Counted from the first letter of the whole stretch, positions 12,197 to 24,706 are shown. The stretch is 55,277 bases of DNA, filler included, from Jimgerdemannia flammicorona (GCA_003990765.1; 3 parts of 3 records of this genome joined end to end with filler, not necessarily neighbours in it); one strand, 5' to 3'. Notes: generated by a model from the letters alone, not told the origin. Translations and numbers: made by a program.

Positions 12197-15100
12197 CGTC
12201 GTACTCTCCATGAACCTGATTTATAAACGATTTTTATACAAACGCAATCTGGATCTGGAATTGATCTGGGTGTGAAACAGTGTCTAATAGGCTGGTGAGT
12301 GGGTTTCGAGAGATCGGTTTTACGTTTATGAGAACAGTAGTGGAGTAAGATGCGTCGAATTACCCGATAATCGGCAAAGCAGCGATATCTCAACCTCAAT
12401 ACCTCGTTTCTATTAAATGAATAGGCTCGATGGCTTCAGGCACGCAAAGTGAAAGGCGGAGGTAAATTGTTTAAATTTCAATCGACATTTCCGCATTCCA
12501 ACCATGAGAACCACGTCGATCTTCTCCATCTTCCCGAATTAACCTCCGCAAACACCTCATCCCAGATATCGTCGCCATATACATGCAAAACTCGCCGCAC
12601 TTCATCCTCTCATGGTTGGCGATCATGAAGCTGGGCGCGACCCCAGCCTTCATCAACAACAATTTGACGGACATCCCTCTCCTGCACTCCCTCCGTACCT
12701 CCACCGCGCATCTCCTCCTGCTCGACCCGACCTGCGCCGCCAACGTCGAGCCGCACGCCAACAAGATCAAGGACGATCTCGGAATTGAGATATGGTCGTA
12801 CGGCGCCACCGACGACCCACTACCGTTCTGCGAACCGCTGACGGAGAGGGCGCTCAGGATGTTTGGAGAGGAGAATTTGAGTGAGAAGATGATTAAGGGA
12901 ACGAAGCAGCATGATATTGCGATGTTGATTTACACAAGGTAAGCCTGCGTTTCGTGGGCCTCAATCCTATGTGAAAGGGACGGAGAATAAGGCAGGGGAG
13001 CAACAGGTATCATGTTTATGATACATTGCGAGGAGCGATTTCTAACTTCAAAACCCGCAACTCATGTCCCATAGCGGCACCACCGGCTTGCCCAAGGTAC
13101 AATATTGGCTTTGTATTTCACCCTATGCGTACTCCATCTTTCTTCATCTCACAAGCCCCCGCCACCTCGCGATCGCACGCATACCGATCCCACTCGCCCT
13201 CATGCAATGTTTTCTTTCCACCTACACCAGCCCGCCATAATGCAGCACGCCCGCGCCAACAGTGAGTTTCGTTCACATGCACATGTAACTAAAATTTTTG
13301 CCATCTTCATCGCCTCATCTCACTCATCTCGCCCATATCATAATGTCTCCCGCGCCTTAGTCAGCTCTGACGTGTGGAGGAATATGTACGGCATCCGCTC
13401 CGATGATCGCATCTATTGCGTCCTGCCATTATATCACAGCTCCGCCAGTACGATTTTGCCTCTCTGTGTTTTGCATGTAGCCTTGGGTAATACATGCTTC
13501 GGTTGCTGACCGCGTTGTCTGTGGTTCTGTACTCTTTTACCCCATCCTAGGCATGCTCGGCATTGCTGTGTCCTGGCAAACCGGATGCACCGTTGTCCTC
13601 GGCGAGAAATTCTCCAACTCGCATTTCTGGGACGAGTGCCGGGAGAACGACGTCACTGTCCTCATCGTACGTACAAAAATAAAAATTCTTTGATCCAAAG
13701 CATCGCGACGTGTCACGCCATGGTCTGATCCGGGTTTCTCCTACCCTTCGCAGTACATTGGCGAGATTTGCAGGTACCTCCTTGCGACACCCCCAAGCCC
13801 GCTGGACAAACAGCACAAGGTCCGCCTCGCCTACGGAAACGGTCTGCGGGCGGATATCTGGAACCAGTTCCGTGATCGATTCGGTATCAGGATGATAGGA
13901 GAGTTCTATGCCTCGACTGAGGGTGAGTCTGGGTAGTGTCCCTTTGGCTTCTAGGTACCCAGTTGTAACATATGTGATGGTCACCCTAGTCGGGTGAGCT
14001 CAACTGGTTTCGCTCCAATGGTATTTCAAAACCCGCGACCACCCGTGCTCTTTTCTAGGCACCAACTCACTCTTTAACCCCAACAACGGCGAGTTTGGCT
14101 CCGGCGCCGTCGGTCACCGCGGCTCCCTAATCCGCTCCCTGATTAAGGACGTGTGCATTATCCGCGTCGACCCCATCACCGAGGAACCGATCCGGGCGCC
14201 GAACGGGTTCTGCATCGAGGTGGGTGCGAGAACCGGCCTGTATGGGACGGTTGTTGGTTCGGTTGTGTTTGCTCATTCTCACAATATTTGGACCTCTTTC
14301 TGCGTGTGGGTCTTCGATGGGTGATTGGATTTAGTGCGAGTACAACGAGCCCGGAGAGTTGCTGCTTGTGAACAAGAAGGACGCGCCGCTGGAATTCCAA
14401 GGTTATTACAAAAACTCGGACGCCACTAATAAGAAGATCATCAAGAACGTCTTCAAAAAGGGCGATGTGTGAGTTTGACGGATTCCCTACGTGTCGCAAT
14501 ATGGCATACCTCTCCTTCAAAGTATCTCATCTCACTCCTTAAACGCACCCTTGAAACAGGTATTTCCGCACCGGCGACCTCCTCAAGCTCGACCCGGAGG
14601 GTCACTTCATCTTCGCCGACCGCGTGGGTGACACTTTCCGCTGGAAGTCGGAGAACGTCTCCACGGCTGAAGTCGCCGAGGTCCTCGGCACCTACCCGGC
14701 CATCCAGGAAGCCAACGTATATGGCGTTGAGTTGCCAGGGCACGATGGGCGCGCGGGTGGGTTGCGAATTTCTGGCTCGAGGTTCGGGCTGGGATAATCA
14801 AAGGGTTACATTTTCATTCATATTCGTGTACTGGATGATAATTGTGGTAATTACGCGATTTACAGGTATGGCCGCCATCACAATCAAAGAGGGACAGAAG
14901 ATCGACTTCAAGGAATTGGCGAAGTTCGTGACTGCCAAGCTGCCGCGGTACGCCGTACCGGTCTTCCTGCGCATCTTGCCAGCGTAAGTGTCCTAGCTAT
15001 TGCCATTCGTCCATGATATCTTATATAACCACACGCTCTCTATTCACCCACCGCAATGTCAACCAATTTTCCCCCAAAAAGTATGGAGCTCACTGGCACC

Positions 15101-15253
15101 TTCAAGCAGCGCAAGGTCGAGCTCCGCAATGAAGGTGTCGACCCGGAAAAGATTTCGGAGTCCGATCCCATCTACTGGCTGACCAACGACGGGTACTGCC
15201 CGTTCGGGAGGCAGGAATGGGCGAGCATTGTCGCGGGGAAGGCGAAGCTGTGA
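11672..15253 (+). CDS. FAT1: Very-long-chain acyl-CoA synthetase / fatty acid transport protein (FATP), about 16 exons, C-terminal PTS1-like AKL
   Basis: Spliced motifs [74 protein letters not shown] and [15 protein letters not shown]; all introns GT-AG. Confidence 0.95.
12155..12196. repeat. (GA)n(GT)n microsatellite in a FAT1 intron
   Basis: Directly visible. Confidence 0.95.
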
Positions 15254-15786
15254 GCTTGCAGGTCGAACGAATATGGGGAGGGATGGTAGATTGAAAGCTC
15301 GTGCTGCATCGTATATGGACTCGGTGGAGCGCCGGTTTTTTGTCGTTAATAGATGAATACCAATACTTCTATTGGGCATTAGCTTTTGTCCCCATTTCTT
15401 ACTCTGGCATAAGTAAAGGTATATCCCCACACACGAGCAGGAAGGAATCGGGTGTCCCGTTGGTTTCACAAAGCATGGTGAAGAGCTATTGCAAACCATA
15501 CCCAATGCTATACACTCAATTTTCTCTGGCACACGTTCCCCCCGCTGCTTCGGCCAGTTCGTACGTGTTGTCCGTTCATGGGCATACCGCTATACAGCTG
15601 TCCCTCTGAATGAGAGTTAGTCGAAATTTGTCACAAGTCATGTGATGTGGTTTGGCCGCTCAAAAAATCGTTAAAATCACTTGACCAGTCTTGAATAGTC
15701 CTTTTTCCATAGTGAGAACATAGTACAGACAAAAACAAAATCCACATATATAATAAGTAAGTAAAGAGGTATTCTTCACATTTGTT

Positions 15787-17534
15787 CTTTTTTTGTTTTT
15801 GTTTTATGAATCTGAAGTTTTACAGATTTTATTAGAAGAGAACCTAGACTATAGACTGAAACCTTTCCCCACCATCCACTGAGCACTACACCTCCATTAA
15901 ACCTAGGCTAGCTATTGTCCAGCAGCTTGACCATACCAGGTGCAGCTGGGCAGAATTGTCTACACCTTATTCTATATACTATGCTCTTCCTACTATCAGA
16001 GAGTAATAAATATATACTTTTAGGTATATATCTGAAACTCCAGCATATATATAAGGCCATGTCCAAGTTGAATAGTATAGCCCCCACTACCTCAAGCAGA
16101 GTAACAGGCAAAGAAAAAAAAACTCTCCTCAAAGTACAGAATAGTAGATAGGACTTAGTTCTCTCTAATGAGATAAGTAGAGAACTATATATGAGATAAG
16201 AGGAGACTTTAAATATTTCACTATTTAAGCCTATAGATCTCAATCATATTGCTATATCAGTTTTCAGTTTCAGTTGAGTGTAGTCAAGACATCTGATCCA
16301 GATAGTCTTGGGTCTCTCAACTATCTCTAACAACTGGGACCCAACTCTATGAATTATCAAAAATAGCTAAGAGTAATACCTACTACCTAACTACTCTATA
16401 CCAATCAGAAGGCCCCACTAATGTAGTACCTGCCTCAGCCCTAATGACCACCTCTAGTCTGATACTCTATTGGTCAACTGTAATCACTCTTCCTCTTATC
16501 TGTGATGACTAGTACTCTAAATAAGTCAATCTAGATGGAATTCAGATGAGATTTAAATCTCATCTAGATCAACTTGGATGGGATTCAAATTAATAATTGT
16601 TTTGATTTTCAAATTAGATAATTAAATATTTACATCAATAACTCAATAAATAATTATCCAAATTTAATAATCTTGGTATCATTTGAAACCCCTTAATAAG
16701 GTCTTTCTAATGATACTAAGAACATTAAAATCAAATTATGCATTGCTGAGATATTAAGGAAAACACTCTGTTTGATAAAATTTCCAAAATTAGCAAATTG
16801 AATAATTTTCCAAATTGGCAATTCAGATGTTTTCCTTAATAACTTGGTAATGTATGATCTGATTTCAATATTTTTGATATTATTAGAAAGACCTTATTAA
16901 GGGCTTTTAAATGACACCAAGATTATCAAATTTGGAAATCAAAACAATAGTTGATTTAAATTTATCTAAATGGGATTCAAATTTTATTCAAGTTAATCTA
17001 GATGAAATTCAATCCAAATCAATCCAAATCAATCCAAATTCAATTCAGATTAAATTGACTCATTAGGAGTACTAGTGATGGCCATCTTCTCTTCTATTCT
17101 GATACTACCTAAAAAGCAGTCACCTACACTAGAACTGTACTTGCTGGGAAGCTTACCAAAGCTCAGAGGACCTCACCACAGATATCAGAGACTTGCAGGT
17201 AATCTATATTAGTACTTAATATCTAAGATTGACTAACTCTATATATAGTCTATAATATATCAGATAATATCTTATTGATAATAGTAAAAAAAAGAAAGTA
17301 CTATACTAAATAAGTATACTCTAAATATAGCTAAAGATACCAGAAACTATGAAAATGTATAGAAGATACTAATCAGATACTAATAGAGGAGCAACTTATT
17401 ACTATTGCCTTTCTCCTACTATACTCTTATAGATACAGCAAATTAATTCAAGATAGAGAGAGTAATAATAAGAGAAAGGAGACTTAAAAGATTATCTATC
17501 AAATCTTATAATCAGTAAGATGGCAGAGAAAGGA
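15787..17534 (-). mobile_element. 1.2-kb non-autonomous L1-like element, copy 2 (hypermutated, interrupted by a MITE)
   Basis: Colinear reverse complement of 3651-4832 along its whole length. Decayed TSD GTATTCTTCACATTTGTT (15769-15786) vs GTATTCTTCATATTTATT (17535-17552). Confidence 0.85.
16510..17074. mobile_element. hAT-type foldback MITE (565 bp)
   Basis: TIRs TAGTACTCTAAATAAGTCAAT / ATTGACTCATTAGGAGTACTA; 8-bp TSD GTGATGAC (16502-16509) / GTGATGGC (17075-17082). The empty site is present once in copy 1 of the host element. Confidence 0.85.
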
Positions 17535-18039
17535 GTATTCTTCATATTTATTTCTTTATTATTTAATATAAAAACTTGCTTCTTACTACTACTCAAGTAT
17601 TCTCAAAGCTTAGTATCTCTTTATATACTCTTCATTACTATATATAGTATTATTAAGGCAAAATTACTATATTCTGATTTTAAAGTAATGTTTGACTCTA
17701 TTATATCATTAATATCATGAGATCTAAATAGAAACAAGTTGTCTTCTTCTTCTTTTCTTCTTTCTCTTTTTCTCTTTCTCTTCTTAGATTCTTTAGCAGT
17801 GTTCTATCATTGTTGAGCTCAAAAAACTATATCTATATCTATATCTCAAGTACTAAGTAGAAAGCTAATCTTAAGTATCAAAAGCAACTCCTTTTCAATA
17901 AACACTTTCAATATGAGCTCATCTCAAATATTAAGAGTGAAATCAACTTTAAAAGACCTAGATTATATTCCTTACTAAACTCTTATATATATTATAGACT
18001 GATCAAAGAAGTAAGTAATTTTTTAAATCTTTTAACAAT

Positions 18040-18225
18040 ATAGACAGATATAGAATATAATATAGGTATAAATTCTCTCTAATAATGTGAATTCTCTCCA
18101 ATAATATAGATGATATAAATTCTCTCTAATATTATAGATAGTATGAATTCTCTCTAGCAATACAAGTAGCATAAATCCTCTTCAATAGTTATATGAGCAG
18201 AAATTCTCTCAGCATATAGATATAT
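18040..18225. repeat. Degenerate minisatellite of about 30 bp (core AATTCTCTC)
   Basis: About six recurrences of AATTCTCTCYARYAATA. Confidence 0.6.
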
Positions 18226-18361
18226 ATAATACTTATTTATTATTATATATAGTATTATTTTTCTAATAAAAAATATCAAAAATTTTAACTTACTTTTAGG
18301 ATCATTTTATCTTTTTCTAATATTTTACCAGTTCTTATCTGAAAATCTATTTTTTTTTTTT

Positions 18362-18461
18362 NNNNNNNNNNNNNNNNNNNNNNNNNNNNNNNNNNNNNNN
18401 NNNNNTTAATTAATTAANNNNNNNNNNNNNNNNNNNNNNNNNNNNNNNNNNNNNNNNNNNN
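18362..18461. other. Assembly gap with artificial TTAATTAATTAA linker
   Basis: N-run, linker, N-run; identical layout at 36821-36920. Confidence 0.97.
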
Positions 18462-18742
18462 CTCAACGTGTCCGCAAAGCTCCTCCCCTGCTTCCCTCCA
18501 GCCCCCCCACCAGTGCCACCTCCACTACCCAAGCCGCCCTGCCCACTCGAGCCACCGAAAGACCCCATCCCCAATCCATACCCCCTCCTGACAGTCTGCC
18601 AGTCGAAGGCCCCAGGTCCACCCGACCTAGTACGCGCATCGGCTTGCTTGCTGGTTGACATTGCCTTAGTATCTTTCTCCAATAAATGCTTCGAAAGTAT
18701 GTTGAAAAGTGTGTGTAACGTGAATTGTAGTGGAGAAAGATG
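18462..18742 (-). mobile_element. 5' end and ORF1 start of an L1/Tx1-like LINE abutting the leftmost Gypsy LTR
   Basis: 'RTRSGGPGAFDWQTVRRGYGLGMGSFGGS...SFAD' matches the ORF1 N-terminus at about 48930-49110. The terminus CATCTTTCTCCACTACAATTCACGTTACACA matches the ends at 45362 and 49205. Confidence 0.85.
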
Positions 18743-18745
18743 CTG

Positions 18746-19872
18746 CAGAATACCAGTGCTGGCATTATCCAGTGTTACATAAGAATACTGGTGCTGGCAT
18801 TATCTAGTGTAACAAAGAACTTAGAGCAGAAAGTTCAGGATCATGGGGACTTCATCATCATCATCACTGAAGGAGATGAGATCCACGAATTTGTTGTGTA
18901 GGTCGCACATTTTGCATATGTCATGCGGGATGACATCATCGCCGATGATGTCATCACATTTGACTGTGGCAGGGAAATCAGGAACAAGGTCTGGAGCTCT
19001 CCAGTCTATAAGGTTCTCTTCTATAAAATAAGGAACAAATGTGGGGTCTTGGGGAGATCTAACCCAGATACTTGGGCCTTGGAATACTGAGATCAATCCT
19101 TGTAGGAATTGGTCTGGGTTGTCCTGAAGGATGGGGTGCCAGAAGTCTTCTACTTCTTCACTGTTGAGGGTGATAGCGGACTGGGCTTCTGTAGCCACCC
19201 TGGCTTCTAGTGCTTTGATACGGTGGGATGATAGGTCGAAGTCTGAGACTCTAACATACTCCAAGTTGGGGATCGACCATGGTGCATGCCTGAAGATCTG
19301 ATGAATCTTTTTAGCTATCCTCATTTCACGTATATCCATGGAAGTGGCATCTTGTAGCTCTTGGGTGCTGGCCTGTGGGAACTCCCAGCAGAGGAGGTTT
19401 CCTATTTCATACTCCTGCCACATTTGGAGGCATTCAGTGGCAATGGTGATCCTTGTTTCCATTTCATGGTGGTAGAGGATAAAGTGATAGGGGTCTGCAG
19501 TACCCAGATTGATACTAGGAGTCCTTCTTGAGCAGGTCCTCATGGCTCTTCTGATGTCTTGGAATATCCTTTCTTCAACTGAGATACCTTGGTGGTTCCT
19601 TGACCTTGAGGTTTGGTGGGCAGCAGGCATTTTGTTTGTGGTAAGTCTTTGAGCTATTTTGGAATTGGTGGTTCTTGTTGGTTGCTGCTACTGCAGTTCC
19701 TTGATCCTTCTTTTATATTCTTCAGAATGCTTGTACTGTGGTCACAATAACTCACAGTTGGTCATCATTGCTCATCTCATATACTGTATGATCTTCTTGT
19801 GCTCTGATCTGGTGGCTTGCAAGAAAAGGCTGTCTCCTGTGCTGATGTCATTATTCTGGGGTCACCATTACA
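18746..19872 (-). repeat. Family-1 3' LTR (U3 part only; cut at the LINE 5' end)
   Basis: Starts TGTAAT immediately after PPT AGGAGGAAGA (19873-19882); colinear with the other two LTRs. Confidence 0.9.
18821..19630 (-). CDS. LTR(U3)-encoded ORF, 269 aa, unknown function (copy a)
   Basis: Uninterrupted ATG-to-stop frame inside the LTR; homologous to 32400-33203, 25205-26016 and 51867-52853. Confidence 0.8.
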   Translation of the reverse strand: MPAAHQTSRSRNHQGISVEERIFQDIRRAMRTCSRRTPSINLGTADPYHFILYHHEMETRITIATECLQMWQEYEIGNLLCWEFPQASTQELQDATSMDIREMRIAKKIHQIFRHAPWSIPNLEYVRVSDFDLSSHRIKALEARVATEAQSAITLNSEEVEDFWHPILQDNPDQFLQGLISVFQGPSIWVRSPQDPTFVPYFIEENLIDWRAPDLVPDFPATVKCDDIIGDDVIPHDICKMCDLHNKFVDLISFSDDDDEVPMILNFLL

Positions 19873-20185
19873 TCTTCCTCCTGAATAAGGATCTTCCTGA
19901 GCATCCTTATTCATTAGTCCAGTTCTGAAAAATTTGCTGATCTCATAACCTCTGGCAAGGGATCAAAAAGTGGTGTTTATGGGCTGGTATCTTTCCTTTG
20001 TATTTTGGCATGATGGTGAAGGGTCGCTCCCTTCATATAGAGCAAGAGCCTGATTCTGATCTTGACCAATCAGTTGATGGTTCGAACTCCTCTGACTTCG
20101 AAAGTCTCATGGATGAGTAGTTGCTAGTGCCATATCCCTTAGAGAATGGTCCAGACAGATAGCCTGCTGGTCATGGAACATGCTG

Positions 20186-23100
20186 TTACGATTCGCGGAC
20201 TAGAACCTCATGGGTGGTCATCACATTTTGCTTCTCTTGTATAGGTTCATGGTATTTCTTGAGTCTGTTCCTATGTACCATGGTAGGCAGTATGGTCCCT
20301 GAGATTTTTCTAAGCCAGTAGGTAGTTCCCTTGATATCTTGCATGTAGAAGGGTCCTTCCCATTTGGGCTCCAGTTTTCGCAACCATGAGGCTTCTACCA
20401 TATTTCAATACAGTAGAACCTTTTCTCCAATTCGGATGGGTTCTAGAGCCTTGTGATTCTTTTCCGCATTCTTTCTTATCAGTGCTTGTGACTTGGTGAT
20501 GTAATCTTCAGCCTTCTTCCTGATTTGGTGTAGTCTCTGGATTTCTGCATCAACCTGTCTCCAAGTTAGGTCTAGATTTGTGGCTGAGGTTCCATCAGAA
20601 TCTTCTTCTCCGAAGAGCAGCTCTCTTGGGGTAAAATGTGTGCTCTGTGACCATATGTCTCATAGGACAGAGAGGGCAGTTGGGAGATAGTTATCCCAAT
20701 TCTCATATATCTCTAAGATCTTCGCTAGGATGTTCTTGAGGATCTTGTTGGTTCTTTCTGTCTATCCATTTCCTTGAGGGTGGTATGCGGTGGTCTTGAT
20801 GTGCTGGATCTTATATTTCTGATATATTATCTCATGGAATCCATTGACAAATTCCATTCTGCAGTCTGTTGTGATTTGCTTTGGTGTCTTGTAGCGGCAG
20901 ATGATTTCTTAGTGCAGGAAGTCGGCTATAGAGAGGGCATTGGCTTCTTGTAATGCTCCTGCCTCTATCCATTTGGTAAAGAGGTCTACAATAACTATAA
21001 TATAGCGGTTTCCTGATAGTGTTACTGGTAGTGGTCCAATGATATCTATTGTGATGTGGTGGAAGGGGATAGGCTCAATTCTTGATGACCTGGGTGCCTT
21101 GTCTCACTGATCTTGTTTCTGTTTTTGGCACTTGTCACACCCTTTGACAAATTGGTGCAGGTCTTCTTCCATCTTGGGCCACCACATAGTTCTTCTTGCC
21201 TTGTCATATGTGTTGGTTCCTCCTAAGTGTCCTTCTTCATGTCCTTCCTTCATTACTTGATACTTCTTGTATTCGAGTATTACTAGCTTTCCTCCTTTTC
21301 TGAGTATAGTGTTGTCTAATTCAAACTGTTTCCAAGTCTGGTTGATGATGGTGATTGTCCAGGGTTCGAGGTGGTTGGGCATCTTCCGCTGCTCAAGGTA
21401 GCTGATTAATCCATAGTATAGCTCCTTATTCATATTGAATAGTCTTGATAGGGGTGTTTCGGGGTGTCCTCGAGAGTGCATCAGCATTGGTGTTGGTCTT
21501 TCCTGAGTGGTGCTTGACAGTACAGTCATACTCTTGTAGCCTATAGATCCATCTGGCATATATTCCTTTGGGGTTCAGAGTGTAGAATAGCTAGGTAAGA
21601 GCAGAATGGTCTGTTTGAATGGTGAAGTATTTCCCAGCTAGGTAGTAGTGGAACTTGTCTACTGCCCAGACTACTGCTAAGCATTCAAGCTTGCATGACT
21701 CGTAGTTCTGTTCTGCTCCACGGGTACCTTGGCTTGCATAGGAGATGACATATTCATGTCTGTCTTTCTTCTGAGCTAGGACTGCTCCAAGTCCTATAGC
21801 ACTCACATCTGTCTGCAGGATGAATTCTAGGTTCCAGTCTGGTCTTCTGAGGATGGGTGCTTGGGTCAACCTGGTCTTGAGTTCATTGAAGATTTCTTGG
21901 TGCTCCTTGGTTCATTCAAATTTGGTCTCCTTCTTCAGTAGCTCGTAGATAGGTGCTGCAATGTTGGAGTATCCTTTAATGAATCTTCTGTAGTAGCTGA
22001 CCAGTCCAAGGAAGGCGGACTGCTGTGGTTATTCTGGGTCTCAGGTAGGCTGCAACAGCCTCAATCTTCATGGGGTCTGTGTGGATTCTGGTCTGGTTGA
22101 TGAGGTGTCCTAGGTAGGCGATTTCTTGAGCTGCAAACTTGTATTTCTTGGGCTTGATGTAGAGGTCATGCTCCTTGATTTCGTGGATCAGCATCTGGCC
22201 AATCCTGTCATGCTTCTTGACTTTGAAGGGAGTGGTGTGGTTGTGATTTCTGACTATGAGAAAGATCTCGCCAGTGTAATCAGGGTCAATTACTCCTCCT
22301 TCAACTGAGATTTCGCTTTTGGCCAGACTGCTCTGGGTCTTGATGATTCTGGCATGGTTTTCTGGCAGCTTGACTCCAATTCCGGTGCCAAGTAGGGTTG
22401 TGGTCTGTGGTTCAAGGGTAGCATCTTGAATGCTGGCAAGGTCCATTCCTATGGCTCCTTCAGTCTTGTATTCTGGGATCTTGGCTTCAGGGTGAAACTT
22501 CTTGACCTTGAGGGTGATGTCTGATTCTTGTTCCTCCTCATCATCACTGTCAGCTTGAAGCTCTGGGGGCTGGTCATCTTCTTCAGCTTTCCTTTTTGCT
22601 TCGGTAGCTTCTTGCTCATGTTTCTGTTGGTGGATTTTCCTGACTTCACTGATACAGGACCAGCAGTCATTCAGGTGTTCAGAGCAGTACCTTCTAGTAC
22701 CATGGGGGCATCTTCCTTGAGGGGCATAGCCATTGATGATCTTGTTGTACCACTGCTCATCTGTGAGCTTGGGTGTCTTGTTCTTATTCTTGTTCACCAA
22801 GTGCATGAAGACCTCTGTGTCTTCTTCATCTCCTTCCTCCATGTCTGGTAGGACTCCTTTGTGGATATTAATATTGACTCGTACCTTTCTTCCTCTGTAG
22901 TTGATCTGCATCTTCTGGGCATTGAGGTCAATGATGGCCTTGGCCTTGTGAAGCCATTGGTTGCCAATGAGGATGTCATAGTTAGTGGCGCTTGTAACAA
23001 TCACATCTACTGAGATGGTGGCTCCTCCTATCTTGATGGGGACTTCTCGGATTTTGCCAAGGGGGGTAGCTCGTATACCATCTGCTGTGACATAGACCAT

Positions 23101-24606
23101 CTTGGTGGACTCTTCAATGTCCCAACCTAGGCAGTCAATTGCCTTCTTACTCATGAGGCATTCTCTAGTACCAGTATCAATGATGGCATCAAAGATACAG
23201 TCTTTGATCTGGCAGGGGGTATAGGCTGATGTCTTGTGCTGGTCTTCGGATTCTTCACCTGAGTTCTCGTATTCTTCCTGTGCATTGTGAGCTTCTACAA
23301 TCTTGTACTCTTGATTCTTGGCAGTAGTTGCAAGTCCTACTCTCAACTGCTGTCTGAAGGCAGGGACTTCAGCTAGCTATCCAAAAGTGGCATTGACCTT
23401 CTATTCCTTGAGGTCCTTGTAGATGTCATACTGGTGAATCTTGGTCTTGCGCAGCTTCTATTCCTTCTTGCTTTCGCTTTCTCCTGAGACTGGAGTAGTG
23501 CCTTCTATGATTTGGCAGGCAGCTTCATCTAACTCCATATCTTGATCAATCTCCTCAGGTTGAGTCTTGCTTTGAATAGTGACAGCTGGGGTCTTCTTTG
23601 GTCTTCCAACTAGCTTGCTATTGCTCTTCTTGTCATAGGGCTTGGACCGGGTTCTGGTACCTTCAGTAGCAGGGTAGAATTTGAGCTCTTCATAGTATTC
23701 TTCATCATCAGTGTCACCAATCTCCTCGATGACTACTGCATTGGTTTGTTCTCTGGTTCTGCTAGCATTGCTTGGTTGGGCTTTGCGTCTTGTTTTGGTC
23801 ATGCAACTCTTTGCATAGTAGCCTTCTTCTCCACATCTGAAGCATGTGATATTGCATTCTTCTGTAGCAGCTGCAAATCTCTGCACTGGTCTCCTGTTAG
23901 TGCTTCGGACTTCTCTAACAACATCACCAAGGTGTGCAGTCATCTTGGCGAACTGCTTGGTGAGTTCTTTCACTGGATCAGCTTTGGCTATCTTGGGGGT
24001 AGGTGGGGTTGGTTGTCTGTTTACAACTGTGGCAGATAAGATACTAGTTGGCTTTGATGGCTCCATCTTGATGCCAGTTATTTTCTCCATTGAGTGTTCG
24101 GCAGGGTGTCTAGCAGTCCAATATCTCTGTGCAAAGTCCACTTTCTGATCAAGGGTCAGTGCAGTTGGGGTAGACCAGATTGCTAGGGCAATTTCAGGGT
24201 GAACTCCTTTGAGAAAGGTTGAATCCGCTATTTGTTCCTTGAGGCAGTCATCATAGCCAGCCAAGACAATCTGGCAGCAAATTCAGATATAGAATGAGTT
24301 GAGATCTTCACTAAGTCTCTGGCAGATAGTATTGAGTTGATCCTTGAGAGCTTGCTTGATCTCTTCGGTATAATATATTGTTCTGAGAAAGACCTTCATG
24401 TTGGCAAGTTTGGCTGCACTAGCATCAGCAATGGTGGCTGCATTGAACTTGTCTCTGGCAGGTCCTCTAAGGCTGACTGGTAGAAGGGCCAATTGAGCAT
24501 CCACACCAAGGGCTCATATGGTGGCGAATTGTTCAAAGTCTTCAATGAAGGTCAGGATTGACTCTTCAGTAGTATATCTATAGAATGTGGGGGGACACAT
24601 TTCCAT
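20186..24606 (-). pseudogene. gag-pol polyprotein, unit 1 (stops; 843-bp internal deletion)
   Basis: Gag with degenerate zinc knuckle, PR 'AIIDTG', dUTPase, RT C-terminus, RNase H 'FILQTD.S..GLGAVL', integrase with GPF motif. Gag and PR-dUTPase segments share one frame. Confidence 0.93.
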
Positions 24607-24706
24607 CTTGTCTTGAATTCTTGCAGAGGTGACTCTTGTAGCCAGGGTAGTTATTGTGGAGGTTGTTCATTTTTCAGCTTGAAAGTAAGAGATTCGTCTT
24701 GAATCA

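Noticed and set aside
15710..15720. TAGTGAGAACA at the gene/TE boundary, identical to part of the TSD at 3640 and 4838
   Set aside because: Could be the TIR of another element or a target motif, but I found no inverted partner, and copy 2's real TSD is a different sequence.
18406..18417. TTAATTAATTAA between N-runs (also at 36865-36876)
   Set aside because: Artificial scaffold linker with stops in all six frames; not biological.
18821..19630. Calling the extra ORF an env gene
   Set aside because: It lies inside the LTR and shows no signal peptide or transmembrane segment.
20186..20401. Chromodomain at the integrase C-terminus
   Set aside because: Both families end shortly after the GPY/F module; no chromodomain motif is seen.
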